Shown here: positions 55,775-64,000 of the stretch, piece after piece | How the letters are laid out: each line of letters opens with the position of its first letter | How positions within the stretch are numbered: position 1 is the first letter of the stretch | Assembly (NCBI RefSeq): GCF_009914755.1 | Contig: NC_060931.1 | Reading direction: 5' to 3' (one strand) | Origin: the human T2T-CHM13v2.0 reference genome, Homo sapiens | DNA length: 64,000 bases | The notes under the pieces: generated by a model | Database searches by the model: none | Told to the model about the DNA's origin: nothing | What the model saw: only the letters and a program-made list of their open reading frames with translations | Made by a program: the position numbers and the translations under genes

Positions 55775-56095
55775 TTAGTCTTATCTTAGAACTTATTTAA
55801 TAATCCAAAGAACTTTATGTTATGTAGGTTATATCTACTGATATTTATCATATTCAAAATAAATAAAACATTAAAACAAAAAATCAACAAGCACATATTC
55901 CATTAGTCATCAAAGCAATGATAACATGACACCTTATGTAGCTGCTGGAAAACTCCACTGTACACTCGAGAAAAAAATGAGAGCAAAAAAGCAAATAACA
56001 TGTTAATCTTCTCAAGAATATTTTGACCTTGCAGATCCCTGAAAGGGTTTCTGGGACATCCCCCGCCCCTACCAGGAATCAGTGAGAATTACTGG
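55775..56095 (+). mobile_element. Charlie1-related non-autonomous hAT element
   Basis: ccaaagaactttatgttatgtaggttatatctactgatattta...ttttgaccttgcagatccctgaaagggt...tgagaattactg; shares terminal motifs with the element at 3690-4644. Confidence 0.65.
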
Positions 56096-56956
56096 TCAAG
56101 ACCCACAGTCATGGAAATGAAGTACTGTGAAAAATGAGAAGAAACTGATTAGCATCAGTTTCTTTGACAGTCACCTTAACAATTACATATGTCAAGATCA
56201 TTTTATCATGCTATTTATTTTTAATTTTGTGTTTTGTACTGAAAAAAATATCAAGTTTTCAGCTTTCTTGAAGAGATTCATTATTGATATTAGCATTCAT
56301 TTTAATTGTCTCTAAGCTTCTTGTTTCACTCAGAACTTCACAACTCTAGAAATATATGGCATGAATTAAAAATATATTTTATCATAAAATCTTGTCTATT
56401 TTTGGTTAAAAACGAACAAAACAAGAAAATAACTATGTTATTGTGCACAGAAACCCGGAGTAAATAATGATAATTGGCAGGCATAAAATAATGCAGATTC
56501 TTCCATAAAGAGGTTTTGTGTTCATAAAGTATCTTTTGTACATTAATAATAGTTGGATGGAAGCAAAATGGTGATTCAATAGTTATTGACTTTATTAAAT
56601 GTCATTGGCAATGAGGATGCTTTAAAACAAAAACTACATAATAGACCTATATAGAAAGACATTTGAATTAGGTAGTTGTAAAAATATGTTTTCTATATTT
56701 CTCTATATTCCAAGTTCTTTTTATAAAAAGAATCAGATAAAAATACAGTGTGATCTATAGAACTTGAAATACATGGTTTTCAATTTGAAATGTTTTAATG
56801 AGGAAAAGTGAATTTTGCTATGTTCTTTTTAAGAACAATATGGTAGAAATTATATTTCTCTACCTTTCTTATACATTTGGAAATAGAAACCTGTGATCCT
56901 GACTTTTACCAAACATTTCTTCTGAAAAATTTTTCTGCCTTGTTTGAGTTGTGGTA

Positions 56957-57037
56957 TTAGGTTGGTGCAAAAGTGATTGCCGGTTTTGCCATTACTTTCA
57001 ATGGTAAAAACCACCATTACTTTTTGCACCAACCTAA
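56957..57037. mobile_element. Full-length MADE1 palindromic MITE with TA target-site duplication
   Basis: ta|ttaggttggtgcaaaagtgattgccggttttgccattactttcaatggtaaaaaccaccattactttttgcaccaacctaa|ta. Confidence 0.95.
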
Positions 57038-59894
57038 TATTATTTTGATTAATCTGTTCAAATTATAATTAAATTAACGAATTATACTTTTCAGTATCTA
57101 AAACACATTAAAATATAAAATGATGGTTAGATCTACGTCATTCCTATTCACACATCTACCAAACTCAACACCCCGATCAAAATTTTATATTTCGGATATA
57201 ATTTGGTTTCATTTGAAAATTCATGTGTTTTTGGCTTTTTAGTGATTCATTATATATTTACATGTACAGCACAGTAATAAAAATGGAAAAGAATATTTTC
57301 ATGGTCTTGTTCAGTATACATGAAAATTCCCTTCATCTTACCCCATACCCACGTTTCTTCCCCCAGATCATGTTGCACAATGAAGAATGGGTGAAATATT
57401 ATGGTTTACATGATGTATGTAATACATGTGGATGAAAAGTGGAAAAATAACTAAGCATTTCATGGATAGTTACATATCTGGATTTGGGGACTATTATTAA
57501 ATCAACAATTAGTGTCTTTGGCATTCCTCTACCACTCCTTGGGCAGCATATCCCTGGTTCCATGATCCTCCTATCCAAGTGAGAAAGTTGCCTGCCCCAT
57601 GCTCTTATTGTACCCTGACTGCCCCCCACTGTGTCTCCATTGGCATTCTCATTGCCCTCCCCCATCAGCATTTACTTGCCTGTCTTACTTCCACAGGTCC
57701 TGCTCCCTGGTGGTAATTTGATGAACTAACTTTTTGAAAATAATTGCATTACAAAAACTAGGCTTTATGGGTATTATTTTTAAAGACATGTCATAAATAA
57801 TATTTAAGAAACCTTGGTATGTTAAAATTTAGGCCTTTCTCTTCTTCTTAGATCATATATTAATAGTCTCATCCTCATTATTTAGGCCCATAGCTAGACC
57901 ATATGACTAAGGCATAACAATTTTGAAGCCAAGTTTGGTGTTTAGATGGGCCAGTTGGTCTTACTTTTCACGTCAGATGAAATGAACATATAAATCCCCA
58001 TTGTGGACCAGACCAAAGTATGCAGATGGCTCGGTGCAGATCCATGGCTACTACTGGAAAAGAACAGAAGTACCCATTGATGGTAGGTCAGTGAATTCAT
58101 CTTCAGGAATGAAGATCCATAAACAAGAGATAGTGTGATATGGTCAGAGTTCTACATTTACTGTCTGATTCTGTATGTATAGCAGAGGTATTTCCAGCAA
58201 TAAATTTAAATGACTATAGAAATATTTGAAAATGCATAGTCAATCATTCCAAGAAAATGTAGAATCTCTCAAAACCAAAACGTTAGAAAAGCATTTTGAT
58301 TTTCACAGACAACAAAATAAATCCTTATCACCAGAGAAATAGGTATAGAACTCTGAAAGCTGAAATTGTCCAAATTGATTCTCTCAGATTTTGTTGGATG
58401 TTTGCTATGCGCATGTCATTACAGTTTGAATTTTCTTTTTATTTTAAACTGCTCAAGGTTTAAAAAATTTTTTTGCACAAACACATGGAAATGAGGAATG
58501 TAAAATTTGTTTTTATTAATCTTGTACATACAATGTTAAAGAAGACTTCACCTCCAAATGAAATTGATTTCTCTTATGCTTTTTCCTTTATTTTTCTTAT
58601 GGGCCTGACCTTTACAGAAACAGGGAAGGCTAAATTCCTTCTGACCAGAAGTGATCATCTGCTTCTGGTCAAAAGAAAATGGGATGCTGATTAGCTACTA
58701 TCATCTGTACCCAGCAATTCCCTCCACTCCCAGTCCCACCCACTCCCAAACCCATCCACCCACTACCACTTGCCCAAGGCAGCAGCTCCCACAGAGTGAT
58801 GGCTTAGTAAGAGTTCACCAAGGCAACACATGGATATGAAACTCTTCTTTGACAGGTGCCGCAAATGAGCTTTATTGAAAGCGGAGTTTCCAGTAGTGGT
58901 CTGTGGAAGTAGCATCAGGCTTTTCTCCTACAATTCAGCCACATCAGGGAACTCGAAATCATATTTCCTTGCATGACCTATTTAATAATTTATTGTCTCA
59001 CCTAATCTCTCCAACCTGTCCCAGTGGCTCTTGTTTTATTGACCAGGGTAGAGGGATATTTCTCCTCATCCTGTATTGCCTATTTCTAAATTTAAAACTC
59101 ATACCTAAAATCTTAGTATCAAACAAAAATAGCTCAGGTTTTTCACACTTAAATTTAGTATATTGGATTTCAACTAAATAAATCTTCAAGGTTTTAGGAA
59201 TGCTTCAACTTGTTTTGGTCTTGATATAGTTTTCAAACAAACCAACAAATAAAAAATCTTTTGAAATGGCAAGGTTTGTGTTCAACCAAACCAACTAGCA
59301 TGGGGAAAACAACAACAACAACCGAAAACATTTCCAGAGGTTTTTAACTACGGAGAGTTGTTTAGGCCTCAGGATGTTTTTGCACAATCTGTCTAATCTT
59401 TCCCGTCAGGTGTTTTAGCATACAACTAAACCCCAGAGGGAAAGAAAAAATTCCTTTTGACTCACTCCATAATTCTTGTTTGACCCATATTTTATGCTAG
59501 TTCAAGCAGAAATCTGCTGAGAAGCTTACAAAAAATCTTTGAAAAGCTCTTTAGGGACAATTTTGTCACTCTTGATAGAAATGCCTACAGATGGACCCGC
59601 AGCCTTTTCTAATGGAGCTACAAACATTGCCTAATGCCTCACTGGGCTTGCACAGTGGGAAGGCTTCCTTTTGTTGGGTTAAATCAACAACCTTTAGAAA
59701 GGAGGACCATGTAGGCAGAGAGTATAAATGGAATTCCGCCATCATTTCCAGCTACCTCTAATCGTTTGTAAGAACTTAAGAGATAAGTCATAAATAAGTA
59801 CATGACTGTTCTTATTAAAATTAGGAGAGTTTGATTTTAAAGGAGACAATGTATTCAAAAATTATAACTCAAAAAGTCACAAGACAATGTTATA

Positions 59895-60090
59895 TTTGTC
59901 GGTTCTGAAAATTTCTAGCTGTGTGTTCTTATATCAGCCAGCCTACCCCTCTGACTCTGATTGCTCACGCATAAAACAGGGATAAGAATATTGAAATAAC
60001 TACCTCATCCACTTAATGTGATAAAATGAGAAATGGATGACAAAACACTCTGTACAACATGAAGAACTATTCAAATGCAGAGTATTATTT
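59895..60090 (+). mobile_element. MIR fragment
   Basis: ctagctgtgtgttctta...cctctgactctgattgctcacgcataaaacagggataa...ctacctca. Confidence 0.6.
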
Positions 60091-61719
60091 TCAGAATGCG
60101 GATGGGATTATACGAACTCCATTGTGAGGTTTGAAATGGGACACTTTTATCTCAACACTTATGATTATTACTAATACTTCTGCAGTTAGTGAACAGGAAC
60201 TTGCAGGTTCTTTTTATATGTTTGTATCTCTGCCTAGTTTTTCTCTCTGCACTTTAAACAAATTATATTGCATTTTATATAAATTTAACACTATAGTATG
60301 TTTGCCTGAAGTGCCTGGAAATATACATGGATCAATTATATTGTTACACTTATAATAGCAGAAAAATTATACTTTAGAAAACAAGGCTTTTTAATTTATC
60401 GTCTATTAGAACAAAATTAAACATGAAAGCATGCTGTGTTATCTAGTTTTCCTTTCAATTATGATTTTAATGAAGAGTGACTTCTAAGTCAATCACAAGA
60501 CTAAATGTTTGAGAATATCTATTAGAACACTATTCAAAAAAAGGGATTAAAAACACTTTAATATAAATTTTAAGGACTATGTCTAGGAAGAAAATCATAT
60601 AAAATGTCATATAGAAACACTTAAGTCACAATAATTAAAAATAAGGTGTGAAATAAGGGAAGTGTTTGATTACTGTGAAATTTATAATTGAAAGAATATT
60701 TAAAGTAAGAACGTGAATAACATGAAGAAATCAACTGAACTTATTTGATGGAAGAAAAGGTGAGAGGTGGAATTTTAAAAATGAAAGTTTTAGTAAGGCT
60801 AACAAGAAAAAAGAAATTGTGCTTTGATGATAATCTATAAACTGGGCTGAGTAACACATATTCAGAATTATCCTAATGTTTAAGCTGATTGTTTCCTTAA
60901 TTACCTAATTTAGGAAACACCTCAGTGGTTTACCTCTGTAATGCGACATATATCTTACATTGCCACCACATATATAATTAATAGGGAGAAGGACATATGA
61001 AATGTTTTTAATTTTATGAGAATAAAAAGAACGCAATAGGAAAGTATAAGGCTTGATTTTAATTTTGTGCCAAATATAGACTCATAAAATCAAATATTTT
61101 AGGGCTGAGAGGTACTTAAGGGGGCAAATAGTACTATCCTATTTTAAAAAAACATTATTTTAATATGTGCTTTTGAATTAAATTTGAAGATAATTGTATA
61201 ATCACCCTAGCTTCATTCCTTGTCACTGGCAGTGGCACTCTTTCTTGGGGGAAAATTCTAGCAATGTTGGGGTCAGGTTACAGATGGATGTAAATTTGCT
61301 TTCCTTTCTGAACAGAGCTATGAGTTGAAGGTTGGCCACTTCTGCAAAGCAAGAGCTCATGGAATTTACCTTCCTCTATCCAGGAACCTGAGAAGATTGC
61401 AAAGTAGATCAGACGTGGGAGAGAGAAATAGCAGAAGTGTTGCCTAGGGCAGCCCAATCCCATTATTTATTTACATTTTAATGCAATCTCTGATGCTTTC
61501 ATTTGGTGACAATTTTCCATCTATCTTATAGTGTTTCCAAGATGGAACTTTGTCCTGCTCTCAAATGTCCAATCATTACAGCTGTCACTAGCAATGAGGC
61601 AGTAATTAAAATCTATTGCAACGAAATCAATTGAGAAAACAAAACTGACACATTCATTTTAAGCTGCATCATATAACAATGGCTCAGAACCCAGTAGTTT
61701 ATGAATGAAATAAAGATAC

Positions 61720-61729
61720 TTTATTTATT
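61720..61729 (-). terminator. Candidate polyadenylation signal (two overlapping AATAAA) for the short isoform
   Basis: Minus strand reads ctgTGTAATAAATAAAgtatctttatttcattca: a UGUA element running directly into a tandem AAUAAA. Confidence 0.6.
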
Positions 61730-63581
61730 ACACAGGCACTTGGAGATTCACATGCCCAACACATCTGATACACTTAACAACTATGGAAACACGAGTGGAA
61801 AATGTCTGTTTGTAGGATCAAGAGAGAACTTTCACCATGTAAAGGTAAATGAGTGCATTAACAATTTTTCCTTTACTTTCCTCTAAGAATTTTCAAAATC
61901 CACTAAATTTTTAAAAGTTACACTTGAAATAATAGGCAAAAAACACTGATCCACATTCCAACTGGTAGGCTAACTTGAACTGTGAGCAATTTAAACTTTT
62001 ATCACAATGAAACATATTTATAGTCATGCTTGAACAGATTAGGTTAGTAGCATGCATTCCATTCTGCAATATGAATATTGTTAATCTATTTCCCAACAAA
62101 AGTCAAAAGATGCCCAGTGCATAGAAAAATACAAATCACTGTAGTCAATATATTACGGGACTGATCTTGGGACTTACATGGTGATGATGAAGTCCTGAAA
62201 TGCCATGCCCACAAAAGCACATTAAAAAGTGGATAAACATATTTTATCAGACAATCTCTAAAAATTAAAGATGAGAGCTTTAAATTTGGGGATGTTCTTG
62301 CTGTGTGCTTTGAACAGGGCCTTTCTGCTCACCTCCTTCTGGCTTGACTGGTCCATCAGACATCACCTTCCTGAGGGCTAGCTGGCTTTGGTCTTGGTTG
62401 CCATTGGCTGGTGGAGGCAGATTATCAGACTGAGTTCTTTGAATGGGGAGGACTCCTGCTATGCTGTGTCTGTGCTGCTTCCTGGCATGATTAGACTGAC
62501 CGCTTTTATGTGCTGCTGTGGCAGTGTGGGTGAAATGGAAACCCAGAGTATGTATCCTCAGATGGAACCAGCTTAAATGTTATTCATGCAAACAGAAGTG
62601 CTCTTTTGCTCTATTTAAATAGGTTGTGTTTTCAAATGCCAAAATGACACCACATGCACAGCACTAAAGGGGTTTAAAACTGGCTGTTTCTTTGAAAATG
62701 ATGACTAGGGAGATGGAGAGAACAATGATCTATCTCCATTGCCTGGCTAATGCCTTTTAGAAGTAACAGGGTACCTACATTTGTGAAATATTTGCACATA
62801 TTAAGTTTTTATATAATTATATCAATCGACTAAATTTTCACAAATGAAATGAAAATACAGCAGTTAAGATAGGTCAATTGTTATACTTTGATTGACTTAT
62901 AGCTACCAGACATAGTATATCTTGATTTCCAATGGTTAGAAAAAATATCTGTAAAATCTGTCATCACATACAAAGTGTGATCCAACAGAATGGACCCAAT
63001 TGTGCTCCTCAGTGAGGTTGCATTGCCTTATCACATATGCTTATACATATATTAATTTAATGTAGTTTTTTGAGAATGTAAGAAATAAGATTTTCTTCAC
63101 AGATTTTTCAGAAGACTACAATTTTTTGCACATGGAAAGCTACCATATTTCAGAAGCAAAATTTGTTAGTGTTTTAAAGCACTGTCTTGAAATGGCTTTT
63201 CCTCCAAGGTTCTAGAAGTTGACTGTTGGTTGCATTATCTTCTGCCTAGACTTTTTGAGTGTTTTCAGATACAAGAATCTAATTGCAAATCTGCTCTAAA
63301 TACTTATATGTGTGCACTTTTTTTTTTTTGGTATAAGTCCTGGAAAACTGGCAGCCACTTGTGCTTATAATTTCTGTATTCTAAAAGATATTTAAGCGCA
63401 AACAAAAAGGACACACAACATTGCTTTGCTTCCAAACATCACAGACACTGTATCAAATGCTATGAGCCAGGTTGGATGGATGGTGGAAACAAAGGAGAAA
63501 CAGCCAGTTTTATTTCAGTCTATGTAAATAAAAAAAATCTAAATAAGAAAGAGCATATTAATGTATTTATATCGTTCTTAC

Positions 63582-63626
63582 ACAGACAAAGGGACAGAGA
63601 ACAGGGTGAGCAGAGGATGTTGAAAA
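63582..63626 (-). CDS. Candidate 45-nt in-frame cassette exon, (I)FNILCSPCSLSLCL(S); hypothetical
   Basis: Long AG-free pyrimidine tract ending tttcag at 63627, donor TGT|gtaaga at 63581, phase 1-1 and no stop codon. No transcript evidence is available to me. Confidence 0.4.
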
Positions 63627-63698
63627 CTGAAAGCAAACAGGAAAGGACAGCAGGAAAGAAAGGCAACAGATGAACATTAAGCTGCCATGCTGAGGAAT

Positions 63699-63715
63699 TT
63701 ATTTGCGTCTTTTAC
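63699..63715 (-). CDS. PCLO: Read-through extension giving the short PCLO isoform C-terminus SKRRK-stop (no C2B)
   Basis: The unspliced donor reads AGT AAA AGA CGC AAA TAA (ORF track 63699..63908). This matches the known short Piccolo/Aczonin isoform ending. Confidence 0.9.
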
Positions 63716-63910
63716 TTGGTTGAATGCGGAGTTGTTGCACGGCAGCTTCGGCAGCAGCTATGGCAGCCCCTGCATCTTCCAGGTGGGTCTGAGTGACGCT
63801 GGTTTTGCTTTGACTGCGAGATGGTCCATGAGAACGGAGATGGCCTTCTGATGATGATTTTGAGCTACCAGGACTACTATGGGATTTCTCAATGGTGGGA
63901 ACCTGCATGT
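63716..63910 (-). CDS. PCLO: PCLO coding exon, 195 nt, phase 1-1: (D)[64 protein letters not shown]
   Basis: Acceptor ttttacccttttgtgaccag|AC ATG; donor CCA A|gtaaaa. The terminal A plus CA of the exon at 47046 gives ACA (Thr) in frame. Confidence 0.95.
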
Positions 63911-64000
63911 CTGGTCACAAAAGGGTAAAACATGAGTTAAAGTTGTTCCAGCATTCCTCCTATCAAGCTTGGTTTACACATAATTTGAAACTGCCTAAAA

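Larger units (their letters stand above)
61700..63698 (-). other. PCLO: Probable 3'UTR of the short PCLO isoform (intronic for the long isoform)
   Basis: Follows the SKRRK stop, has no recognisable interspersed repeats, and ends at a double AATAAA. The distal end is inferred from that signal. Confidence 0.65.

Noticed and set aside
63476-63673. 65-aa plus-strand ORF
   Set aside because: It is the purine-rich antisense shadow of the minus-strand pyrimidine tracts, with no independent support.

Overview
This is AT-rich primate (human-like) genomic DNA, not microbial. The whole window lies inside the 3' part of PCLO (Piccolo/Aczonin, a presynaptic active-zone scaffold) on the minus strand. Five coding exons were reconstructed by hand with canonical AG/GT boundaries and a continuous reading frame: 63716-63910, 46905-47046, 42733-42806, 2570-2704 and 1850-1995. 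They encode the linker after C2A and most of the C2B domain; the last exon is not in the window. The most upstream exon is composite: read-through of its weak donor gives the short C2B-less isoform ending ...RIQPSKRRK*, with a probable ~2 kb 3'UTR. The rest is intron (about 16.7, 4.1, 40 and 0.6 kb, plus a partial one) rich in Alu, L1, L2, MIR, LTR and DNA-transposon relics. Nearly all ORFs in the supplied track are spurious or repeat-derived. I found no evidence of a new multi-gene system. The most interesting unexplained signals are: (1) a frame-preserving 45-nt Cys-rich candidate cassette exon hidden in the short-isoform 3'UTR; (2) a near-perfect 38-bp-arm hairpin in non-repeat intron; (3) a near-identical 104-bp tandem array; (4) a ~500-bp local duplication dated by an L1 insertion and flanked by templated inverted copies; (5) several other template-switch scars. 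Repeat subfamily names are from recalled consensus similarity and need RepeatMasker confirmation; boundaries of old repeats are approximate.
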